Source: Candidatus Omnitrophota bacterium
GTDB taxonomy: Bacteria; Omnitrophota; Gorgyraeia; Tantalellales; Tantalellaceae
NCBI GenBank assembly: GCA_043823005.1
Contig: JBDRBG010000030.1
Span: 1 to 56,457 of the forward strand
Direction of reading: 5' to 3'
DNA: 56,457 nt
Position numbers and translations under genes: made by a program. The notes beneath the pieces are model-generated. The model worked only from the letters and a program-made list of their open reading frames with translations, had not been told where the DNA came from and ran no database searches. Of this stretch, positions 9,895 through 16,992 are shown piece after piece; the stretch's first letter is position 1, and the number at the start of each line of letters is the position of its first letter.

Positions 9895-10746
9895 ATGAAA
9901 AAAAACAATATATATATATTAATAATAACTTTAATCCTGATCAGCTGTACTGTATCGGTTTTTGCTTCTTCTCTAGATGTTCCCGGTCTTTCCCCGGGAG
10001 AATGGGAAGAATACAAAAGCGCGCATTTTATCGTGTATTATCAATCGGATATTCCGCGGCCGTATATCAGTTCATTCGCTAATAAGTGTGAAAATTATTA
10101 CAGGGCCATAACGCATAGGCTAGGATTTAACAGGTTTGATTTTTGGCTGTGGGATGATAGAGCCAGGATCTTTATGTATAACACAAAGGAAGAATATCTC
10201 AGTATAACGGGGCGCGCGCAATGGTCCGGCGCGTCTGTTCATGTTAAAGATAAACTTATCAATACTTTTTATTTTGATGAAGATTTTTTTGATTATATTC
10301 TGCCGCATGAATTAGGCCACATTATATTAAGGGAATTTATAGGGACAAATACCGCGGTTCCGTTATGGCTTGATGAAGGAGTCGCTTGCGCTAATGAAAA
10401 AAGCAGTTCTTTGAGATATCTTTTGATAGCTAAAAAAAACATTGAAAAGGGACTGTATGTTCCGTTAACGCAAATAGGAACAGTATCTCCTGGAACGATA
10501 AAAGCTCCGAATGTTTTTTATCCAACAGCCGCTTCTGTTATTATCTTTATGTTAGAAGAATACGGGAAGAGGAGATTTGTTGACTTTTGCAAAGAGTTGA
10601 GGGACGGAAAAAATTTTGAGGAAGCTGTAAAAAAAGTTTATCGTATTGGAACTATAGCAGATTTGGAAAAGAAATTTCTTAGTTTTATGGAAGAAAAAAG
10701 TTATCAGGAAATAATCGACGCGGATAATTTTGATGCCAGGTGGTAA
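9895..10746 (+). CDS. Secreted zinc metallopeptidase-like protein (HExxH, peptidase MA-like)
   Basis: N-terminal signal peptide (KKNNIYILIITLILISCTVSVFA). The motif LPHELGHIILREF followed by LWLDEGVACANE fits an HExxH...E gluzincin arrangement. Confidence 0.6.
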   Translation: MKKNNIYILIITLILISCTVSVFASSLDVPGLSPGEWEEYKSAHFIVYYQSDIPRPYISSFANKCENYYRAITHRLGFNRFDFWLWDDRARIFMYNTKEEYLSITGRAQWSGASVHVKDKLINTFYFDEDFFDYILPHELGHIILREFIGTNTAVPLWLDEGVACANEKSSSLRYLLIAKKNIEKGLYVPLTQIGTVSPGTIKAPNVFYPTAASVIIFMLEEYGKRRFVDFCKELRDGKNFEEAVKKVYRIGTIADLEKKFLSFMEEKSYQEIIDADNFDARW

Positions 10747-10819
10747 ATTGTTAAAAAGGACTGTATAATATATAGTATAATAAATCGATTATAATAGTAT
10801 ATACAATTAAAAACACAAA

Positions 10820-11029
10820 ATGAATACTATTACTTTAATATTTATATTATTAATTAGTACGCTAGGGCCTTCTCTTGTTATTGCATTAGTGGGTTATGCG
10901 TCAGTAAAAGGGCTTTCCAGAAATCCCTCAGCAGCGCCTAAAATACTTATTACAATGATTTTGGCTTTTACTTTTGCCGAAGCAATAGCGATTATTTCGC
11001 TTTTGACTGTATATAATCTATTGAAATAG
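10820..11029 (+). CDS. atpE: F-type ATP synthase subunit c (divergent)
   Basis: 69 aa with two hydrophobic helices joined by a polar loop SRNPSAAPK (compare RQPE). There is a helix-2 carboxylate in FAEAIAI. It is the first gene of the atp cluster. Helix 1 lacks the usual GxGxGxG packing motif. Confidence 0.7.
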   Translation: MNTITLIFILLISTLGPSLVIALVGYASVKGLSRNPSAAPKILITMILAFTFAEAIAIISLLTVYNLLK

Positions 11030-11147
11030 AAACCCAAAAAGAAAAGGGATAAACCGCAAGGATGAATCAAGAAAGTGACGATTTGTTTAACACTAGAAAA
11101 GTCTCGGTGTTTTCTGTGCTTAATGAAATAGTCGGGAGGGATAAAAC

Positions 11148-11885
11148 ATGGCAGAGATTATGATATGGCCATTTATAATATTACAGATAGCGACAGTCGT
11201 CGCGATAGTCTTATTTTTACGTATGATTCTTCATAAACAGATGGAAGTAGGCCTTAATAGAATTAAAAGGATAGATAAAGGCAATATCGATAAGGAAGCT
11301 GAGCTTAATGATGGTCTTGAAAAACTAAAAAAAGAATATACGGACAAGATGAAATACGCGGAAGATCAAGCCGCACTTTTGATAAATGCGGCAAAGGAAA
11401 CAGTAAAAGAAATGAGGAGCGCGGAAAGGATTGAAGCGAAAGAAGAGGCAAAAAAAATAATCAAGGCCGCATTAGAGGAAAAAGAAAAGACCTTGAGGGA
11501 AGTGGAAAGACAGATTCATGTAAAGGCGATTGAACTTTCGGAAAAGATCCTGAAACGCGTTTTTTCCGAACAGGAACTAGCCGCTTTAAAGCGGGGCATA
11601 ATTAGAGAAGTAGTAGAGGTACTTTTTAATTCAGATACTGTATCAGCTTTTATTCAAAAGAATGAAAACATAGAAGTGATTACAGCCGAAAAGTTGACCA
11701 GGATAGATAGGGAATATATACTCAAATTAATGAAAAAACAGTCTAGGAATAAAAAAGAGCCTGTTTTTGTCGTTGACAAAGCTATCTTAGGCGGAATAGT
11801 GTTAAGATCAGGCGAAAGCAGGATTGACGGAAGTATAGTTTATCGATTGACTAAGGCTATTATGGAAGAAAAAGAAGCAAGTTAA
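11148..11885 (+). CDS. atpF: ATP synthase b-delta fusion subunit
   Basis: N-terminal TM helix IWPFIILQIATVVAIVLFL followed by a long K/E-rich coiled coil, which is b-like. The C-terminus VFVVDKAILGGIVLRSGESRIDGSIVYRL matches the conserved C-terminal motif of delta/OSCP (LIGG..V..GD..IDGS). No separate atpH gene is present. Confidence 0.7.
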   Translation: MAEIMIWPFIILQIATVVAIVLFLRMILHKQMEVGLNRIKRIDKGNIDKEAELNDGLEKLKKEYTDKMKYAEDQAALLINAAKETVKEMRSAERIEAKEEAKKIIKAALEEKEKTLREVERQIHVKAIELSEKILKRVFSEQELAALKRGIIREVVEVLFNSDTVSAFIQKNENIEVITAEKLTRIDREYILKLMKKQSRNKKEPVFVVDKAILGGIVLRSGESRIDGSIVYRLTKAIMEEKEAS

Positions 11886-11940
11886 ATAGTCGTTAGTCGT
11901 TGGTTGTTTGTCATTAGTAGGGGTTTGATTTATCAAACCC
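11886..11940 (+). repeat. Stop-rich TAGTCG repeat (family B) plus 8-bp-stem hairpin, directly after atpF
   Basis: TAAATAGTCGTTAGTCGTTGGTTGTTTGTCATTAGTAG begins with the atpF stop TAA (11883-11885). It is followed by the hairpin GGGTTTGA-TTTA-TCAAACCC at 11921-11940. Confidence 0.85.
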
Positions 11941-12087
11941 AATATACGATATGAGATAAAAAAAAGATAAAGGAAAAAGCCGGAAATAGAAAATAAAAAT
12001 GAAAGAAACAAAGGCGGGCCTTTGTGCCTGCTCTCAAAAGTTTCAAGGATAAAGGTATAAATTTTTTAATCTTCGAAAAATAGATAT

Positions 12088-13575
12088 ATGAAAAAGAAAA
12101 AAACAATTCCGATTGAAATAGTTGAATCCGGACGGATAATTGACATAAAAAGGGATGTTATGACCATAGAAGGTATCCCTAATTGTGTTTACGGAGAGAT
12201 GCTTTATCTTGAGTCAGGCGATAAGGGCTTAGTTATTGAATTTGACGAAGAAAAGATCGTCGCGCTTCTTATCGGCAGTGGAATTAATGTGAAAGCCGGG
12301 GATAAAGTATTTTCCAGGAGTGATCTTTTTAAAATACCTGTTACCGAAGATTTAATAGGCCGAATAGTTAATGGACTTATTCTTCCGCTTGACGGTAAAG
12401 GTAAACTTTCTTCAGACGAAACTGAACCGGTATTCAGGGATGCTCCGGGAATTATGTTAAGAGCGCCTATTGATGAACCTTTTCATACCGGGATTAAGCT
12501 TATTGACACAATAATTCCTTTAGGCAAAGGACAGAGAGAACTTGTATTGGGTGACAGGCAGACAGGTAAAACAACAATTGCTATTGATACCATAATTAAT
12601 CAGAAAGACAGCGGAGTTATTTGTATTTACTGCTGGGTCGGCGGTAGTTATAATTCAATGCTTAAGGTTGTTGAAACCCTTAACGCTAAAGGCGCGATGG
12701 ACTATACTGTGTTTGTTGCCGCTCCGGCATCTGTTTCATCTTCCGAACAGTATCTTGCTCCTTATACTGCATGCGCTCTTGGGGAATATTTTTTAAAAAA
12801 GGGAAAAGACGTATTTGTTGTTTTTGATAATCTTACCCGTCACGCGTGGATCTATAGACAAATAGCGCTTCTTTTGAACCGATCCCCCGGCAGGGAAGCA
12901 TATCCTGGAGATATATTTTATATTCATTCTCAGTTAATGGAACGGGCCTGCAGATTAAAACCGGAGATCGGCGGAAGTATGACTTTTATGCCGATAGCAG
13001 ATACGCTTCAAGGAGATATTTCAGGCTATATTCAGACAAATTTGATTTCTATGACAGACGGGCAGATATATACGAGTTCTTCGTTGTTTAATGAGGGATT
13101 TAAACCTGCCGTAGATATAGGATTATCTGTTTCCCGTATAGGGAGCAAAGTTCAATCTCCTGCCGTAAAAGAAATCAGTGCAGGACTAAGAAGTGAATAT
13201 ATACGATTTAAGGAATTGGAAAAACTGATACGTTTGAGGACAAGAATATCCGACAAAGCGGCTAAAAAAATAGCCAAAGGACGGGCTTTGACCCAAATTC
13301 TTACGCAAAATGCTAATGAGCCTGTTGAGGATATGGAAGTAATACTTATATTTTACGCGTTCAAAAGCGGGATATTTGAAAAGATTAGCAGTGTAGAGCT
13401 GGAGAGATTTGAAAAAAACATATTAAGCTTTTTGGAAGATTTTGATCCGGAGTGTTTGTCTTGGATAAACGAAGAAAAAAATCTTACTGAAAATGTTAAG
13501 AAAAGACTGGACAGAGTTTTCGCGGCATTTTTAAATAAAAACAAGACAGAGGAAACAAAGATTACTGATCAATAG
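12088..13575 (+). CDS. atpA: F1 ATP synthase alpha subunit
   Basis: Walker A GDRQTGKTTIAIDTIINQ. Other alpha-typical segments include LAPYTACALGEYF, DNLTRHAWIYRQIALLL and REAYPGDIFYIHSQLMERA. Confidence 0.92.
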   Translation: MKKKKTIPIEIVESGRIIDIKRDVMTIEGIPNCVYGEMLYLESGDKGLVIEFDEEKIVALLIGSGINVKAGDKVFSRSDLFKIPVTEDLIGRIVNGLILPLDGKGKLSSDETEPVFRDAPGIMLRAPIDEPFHTGIKLIDTIIPLGKGQRELVLGDRQTGKTTIAIDTIINQKDSGVICIYCWVGGSYNSMLKVVETLNAKGAMDYTVFVAAPASVSSSEQYLAPYTACALGEYFLKKGKDVFVVFDNLTRHAWIYRQIALLLNRSPGREAYPGDIFYIHSQLMERACRLKPEIGGSMTFMPIADTLQGDISGYIQTNLISMTDGQIYTSSSLFNEGFKPAVDIGLSVSRIGSKVQSPAVKEISAGLRSEYIRFKELEKLIRLRTRISDKAAKKIAKGRALTQILTQNANEPVEDMEVILIFYAFKSGIFEKISSVELERFEKNILSFLEDFDPECLSWINEEKNLTENVKKRLDRVFAAFLNKNKTEETKITDQ

Positions 13576-13620
13576 TCGTTCGCAAACAGTAGTTCGTAGT
13601 TTGGAGTTAGTCGTTTGTGG
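13572..13620 (+). repeat. Family B stop-rich repeat overlapping the atpA stop codon
   Basis: AATAGTCGTTCGCAAACAGTAGTTCGTAGTTTGGAGTTAGTCGTTTGTGG. The TAG at 13573-13575 is both the atpA stop and the first TAG of the repeat. Confidence 0.8.
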
Positions 13621-13626
13621 ATGTTT

Positions 13627-13927
13627 GAGATTGCATTGTCGTTACTTTGTTACTCCTCGCAATCAGGCTGTGTCATAACGTCTTTGCGAGCCCATGAAAT
13701 GGGCGAAGCAATCTTGAATAGCAATAAAAAAATAAATTTTATGAGTAAACTATATTATTATAGAGATTGCCGCGGTCGCTCTAGCTCCCTCGTAAAGACA
13801 AAATTTGAATTGCGACACAGCCTGAATGATGGATTAGACTTTGTCTAATGGAGGGAGAGCAACGACCGAAGCCCTTTGAACGGATCCGTTCTACCCGACT
13901 CAGGCGGGCCTTTGGCGGACAATCTCT
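13627..13927. repeat. Cluster of four family A units (GTCTTTGCGAGG...GCGGCAATCTC type) in both orientations, between atpA and atpG
   Basis: The units lie at about 13627-13664 (reverse), 13680-13714 (forward), 13763-13799 (reverse, GAGATTGCCGCGGTCGCTCTAGCTCCCTCGTAAAGAC) and 13846-13927 (forward, degenerate). The last unit carries an inserted GAACGGATCCGTTC palindrome. Confidence 0.8.
13703..13831 (+). repeat. ~130-bp composite element, copy 1 (second copy at 18761-18924)
   Basis: GCGAAGCAATCTTGAATAGCAATAAAAAAATAAATTTTATGAGTAAACTATATTATTATAGAGATTGCCGCGGTCGCT...AAAGACAAAATTTGAATTGCGACACAGCCTGA is collinear with 18761-18924. Confidence 0.8.
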
Positions 13928-13946
13928 ATAATAACGGACTAATATT

Positions 13947-14807
13947 ATGATACCGATCGCGAAATTAAAAAAAGAAATGATATATAATAAAAGTTTAAAA
14001 GACGGTATTGATGTTTTAAAGCTTTTATCCACATCGGAATTCAACAAGCTATTAGCCGATGTGCCTAAAGAAAATATAGCAGAAAAACATATTATAGATT
14101 GTTTCGCGCTATTAAGGGCAAAATTTCCGAACGCTCCATTTTTAACGTCTAATGGAAAAGAAGAAAACGCGTCACGTTTTTTTTTGCTGGTATGTTCGGA
14201 CGAAGGTTTTCTCGGAGATGTTAATGTCCGTATTATAAGCGCTTGTTTGAAGCGCAGGGCAAACGGTAAAGACAGATTTTTTGTTCTTGGCAGCAGGGGG
14301 GCAAGTTTGACAAAAGATCTGGGAGACAAACATACGGTTTTTTCTTCTATAAAAGATGAAACGGAAATTGAAGATCGTGCGTCAGAAATAACGGATGCGT
14401 TTATGAAGCTTTACCGAAAAGAAAAGTATGACTTTTTTTACGCGGCGTATATGAAGTTTTATGGGTTTGGCAACCATCAGGCAAGAGCCGAGCAAATATT
14501 GCCTTGTGAAGATTTTTCGAAAGTTTCAAAGCCGCGGGGAGATGAGGAAGACATTATCATAAAATCAACATATAAAGCAGTAACAGAATATTTGATAAAA
14601 GTATGGATTAAAAATGCGCTTTGTAGGATTTTCTGGTCGAATAAATTATCCGAATGGTCAATAAAAGTTATGCAGCTTGAACATAGCGCTGATGAGTTAA
14701 AGGACATGACAGATGAGTTGAAGTTTCGGTATTTCAAAACCTGCCATGCTTTGAATGACAAAGTAATAAGAGAAATTTTCGCGGCAAAAATGGTAAATAG
14801 TGAATAG
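13947..14807 (+). CDS. atpG: F1 ATP synthase gamma subunit (highly divergent)
   Basis: A 286-aa ORF lying between alpha and beta. The termini are weakly gamma-like: N-terminal AKLKKEMIYNKSLKDGIDVLKLLS, and C-terminal ELKFRYFKTCHALNDKVIREI (compare L.L.YNK.RQA.IT.EL.EI). The call rests mainly on position and size. Confidence 0.6.
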   Translation: MIPIAKLKKEMIYNKSLKDGIDVLKLLSTSEFNKLLADVPKENIAEKHIIDCFALLRAKFPNAPFLTSNGKEENASRFFLLVCSDEGFLGDVNVRIISACLKRRANGKDRFFVLGSRGASLTKDLGDKHTVFSSIKDETEIEDRASEITDAFMKLYRKEKYDFFYAAYMKFYGFGNHQARAEQILPCEDFSKVSKPRGDEEDIIIKSTYKAVTEYLIKVWIKNALCRIFWSNKLSEWSIKVMQLEHSADELKDMTDELKFRYFKTCHALNDKVIREIFAAKMVNSE

Positions 14808-14829
14808 TATTTAGTGGCGTGGTATAAAA

Positions 14830-14860
14830 ATAGCGGATAGCGCATAGCGGTTAGCGTATA
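14830..14860 (+). repeat. TAGCGG low-complexity stop-rich repeat
   Basis: TAGCGGATAGCGCATAGCGGTTAGCGTATAG. A related AATAGCGGATAGCGTATAG occurs at about 52452-52470. Confidence 0.7.
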
Positions 14861-14897
14861 GTATCCAGAGATTAACCACCGGCCTTTGACCTTTAAA

Positions 14898-14930
14898 AAA
14901 ATCTCTGTGATTCTAAGCCTCTGTGGTGAA
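14898..14930 (+). repeat. Family E repeat (CTCTGTG...CTCTGTGGT)
   Basis: AAAAAAATCTCTGTGATTCTAAGCCTCTGTGGTG resembles AAAAAATTCTCTGTGTTCTCTGTGGTT at 22555-22582. Confidence 0.65.
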
Positions 14931-14958
14931 AAATTCTGGGAGATAGTTAATTGATTAT

Positions 14959-15051
14959 AGATTGCCGCGCTGTTCGCCTGGCTCGCAGCTTGCAATGACA
15001 AAATCTTCTTCGTCATTGCGAAGGCCGAGGTAGACGAGGCCTGTGGCAATC
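14959..15051. repeat. Inverted pair of family A units forming a large imperfect palindrome between atpG and atpD
   Basis: AGATTGCCGCG...GCAATGAC then AAAATCTTCTTC then GTCATTGCGAAGG...GGCAATCT. The central stem GCAATGAC/GTCATTGC and the outer stem AGATTGCC/GGCAATCT are complementary. Confidence 0.75.
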
Positions 15052-15127
15052 TGTATGGAAAAGATACAACAAAAAAGTGTTAACTTTTTTAACTGCGATA
15101 CATGGTTTATTAGGTTAAAGAGACATT

Positions 15128-16540
15128 ATGAAAAAAAGAAGCATAGCAAAAAAAGTAAAAGAAAACGGAAAAGTCATTGCGGTAAGAGGCCCGGTGGTGG
15201 ATGTTTCTTTTCAGGACGCTGGAAAAGTGCCCTTTACTTATGAAATCTTAAAGGCAAAAGCTATAGACGGCAAAGAGATTATAATGGAAGTAGCGGAGCA
15301 GATGGAAAACAAAGTTGTCAGGTGCATTTGTCTTACTTTAAACGTTGGGCTCAGGCGAAATTCTGAAGTGATTTCTTCGGGGTCTGTTATCACAATGCCG
15401 GATTCAAAGCATTGTTACGGCAGGCTCATGAACTTGTTCGGTGAGCCTTTGGATGGAAAAGGCGTTATTTTAAAATCTTCGAACAGTATGCCGATAAAAA
15501 AAGATATTTCTAAAATAGAGAATGAAGTTATTCTGGGCGAAAGACGGGAATACAGGATATTAGAGACAGGGATTAAAATGGTGGATCTTTTGTTTCCTTT
15601 TGTTGTCGGGTCGAAAACCGGAATTTTAGGCGGTGCGGCTCTTGGGAAAAGTGTTTTAACGCTTGAAATAATACACAATGTAGTAAAACAGCAGGGTGCG
15701 TCTTGTGTGTTCACGGGCGCGGGAGAACGTATCAGAGAAGGGAATGAACTGTATTTAGAAATGGAAAAAACAGGCATATTGGACAGGGTCGCTTTGGTTT
15801 TTGGCCAGATGAACGAATCTCCGGGTGTGCGGTATGAAGTTGTTTTCAGCGGGATAACCATAGCGGAATCTATGAGAGAAAAAGGGGAAGATGTTATTTT
15901 CTTTTTAGATAATGTGTTTCGTTTTACACAAGCAGGCGCGGAACTTTCAGCCTTAATGGGAAGGATTCCTTCGGAAACGGGATATCAGCCGACTCTGGTG
16001 TCCGAAGTAAGCGAGTTTCATGAAAGGATACGTTCCGGTAAAGCCTCGTCTATTACTGCGGTCGAAGCGGTGTATGTGCCTGCGGATGATCTGACGGATC
16101 CCGCGGTTGTTACGATATTTTCGCATCTTGATTCGATTGTGGTTCTTTCCAGAGACCGTATGCAAAGAGGGCTTTATCCCGCGATTGATCCGGTTCTTTC
16201 ATCGTCGGTCTATTTGGATCCGGCAATTATAGGCCGGAGACATTTCAATATAGCGAATGAGACAAAAAGGGTGTTTCAAAAATTCGAGGAACTCCAGAAA
16301 CTTGTTGCTATAATAGGCGTAGAGGAATTATCGCAGGAAGAAAGAGTTTTATATGAACGGGTCGTGAAATTGCAGAATTTTTTAACACAGCCGTTTTTTG
16401 TCGCGGAACGATACACAGAAAAGCCGGGATGTTTTGTCGAATTAGATGAAACCTTAGCCGGATGTGAAGCTATTCTGACGGGCAAAGCGGATAAAGTGTC
16501 CGGAGATGAATTTTATATGATCGGTAAATGGAAAAATTGA
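15128..16540 (+). CDS. atpD: F1 ATP synthase beta subunit
   Basis: The P-loop is GGAALGKS (variant of GGAGVGKT, but it still fits GxxxxGK[ST]). Other beta-typical segments are [46 protein letters not shown] and [14 protein letters not shown]. Confidence 0.9.
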   Translation: MKKRSIAKKVKENGKVIAVRGPVVDVSFQDAGKVPFTYEILKAKAIDGKEIIMEVAEQMENKVVRCICLTLNVGLRRNSEVISSGSVITMPDSKHCYGRLMNLFGEPLDGKGVILKSSNSMPIKKDISKIENEVILGERREYRILETGIKMVDLLFPFVVGSKTGILGGAALGKSVLTLEIIHNVVKQQGASCVFTGAGERIREGNELYLEMEKTGILDRVALVFGQMNESPGVRYEVVFSGITIAESMREKGEDVIFFLDNVFRFTQAGAELSALMGRIPSETGYQPTLVSEVSEFHERIRSGKASSITAVEAVYVPADDLTDPAVVTIFSHLDSIVVLSRDRMQRGLYPAIDPVLSSSVYLDPAIIGRRHFNIANETKRVFQKFEELQKLVAIIGVEELSQEERVLYERVVKLQNFLTQPFFVAERYTEKPGCFVELDETLAGCEAILTGKADKVSGDEFYMIGKWKN

Positions 16541-16550
16541 GCTGTAGCTT

Positions 16551-16793
16551 ATGAGAGTATTGATAATAAAAGGCAGAAAAGTGATCTATAAGGGAGAAGG
16601 ATACGAAGCAGTACTGCCCGGAGCGGACGGAGAATTTTCTGTTATGGATTTTCATCAACCGCTGCTTTATCGTTTGCGCAAAGGGATAGTAAAGATCAGA
16701 GAAGCGCAAAGTGAAAAAAAACAAAAATTTTTTCCCGTCAAAGACGGAATCGCAAAATTCAGAGGAAACAGTCTTGTTGTTCTTGGGGAATAA
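16551..16793 (+). CDS. atpC: F1 ATP synthase epsilon subunit, short form (beta-sandwich only)
   Basis: 80 aa, starting 10 nt after atpD. VLPGADGEFSVMDFHQPLLYRLRKGIV matches the epsilon N-domain. No C-terminal helical hairpin is present. Confidence 0.7.
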   Translation: MRVLIIKGRKVIYKGEGYEAVLPGADGEFSVMDFHQPLLYRLRKGIVKIREAQSEKKQKFFPVKDGIAKFRGNSLVVLGE

Positions 16794-16829
16794 ATAGTCG
16801 TTAGTCGTTGGTCGTTAGTCGTTAGTCGT
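16794..16829 (+). repeat. Family B stop-rich repeat directly after the atpC stop
   Basis: TAA (16791-16793) is followed by ATAGTCGTTAGTCGTTGGTCGTTAGTCGTTAGTCGTG. Confidence 0.85.
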
Positions 16830-16855
16830 GAGGGAAGATGCAGGAATTCAGACTT

Positions 16856-16903
16856 GTCTTTGCGAGGGAGCAAGAGCGACCGCGGCAATCTCGATAAAAA
16901 TAG
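16856..16903 (+). repeat. Family A unit (forward)
   Basis: GTCTTTGCGAGGGAGCAAGAGCGACCGCGGCAATC is identical over 35 nt to 23062-23096. The tail TCGATAAAAATAG resembles 52700-52713. Confidence 0.9.
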
Positions 16904-16929
16904 AAGAAAATAATTTTTTTTAATTTTAA

Positions 16930-16952
16930 TTAAAAATTATTTATGCGGTGTA
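16930..16952 (+). promoter_or_regulatory. Conserved upstream motif TTAAAAAT(T)TATTTATGCGG(T/G)GTA, copy 1, 41 nt upstream of pilB/gspE
   Basis: TTAAAAATTATTTATGCGGTGTA here and TTAAAAATTTATTTATGCGGGGTA at 46450-46473 (upstream of the 1141-aa ORF). Function is unknown. Confidence 0.35.
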
Positions 16953-16992
16953 TGACATGAGATATGCGAAATAATAGCAAGGAATAAAAAAT

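Noticed and set aside
10747-11147. Search for a hidden atpB (a subunit) or atpI around atpE
   Set aside because: Only a 73-nt gap before atpE and a 118-nt gap after it are available. The sole ORF there (ATG near 11062, about 27 codons) has no TM helices. The a subunit is simply not in this window.
11808-12011. Minus-strand ORFs translating the TAGTCG repeats (11808..12011 and 16667..16888, containing PTTND/LTTNDQRLTT peptides)
   Set aside because: The peptide repeats come from low-complexity DNA repeats that sit after stop codons in the same orientation as plus-strand genes. There is no start context.
13615-15243. ORFs 13615..13848, 13781..14329(-), 14477..15049(-) and 15043..15243 in and around the atp spacers
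   Set aside because: They run through family A/B/E repeats or antisense to atpG. The 13615 ORF loses its frame in the second copy of the composite element (stop after 6 codons at 18797). No RBS or motif support was found.
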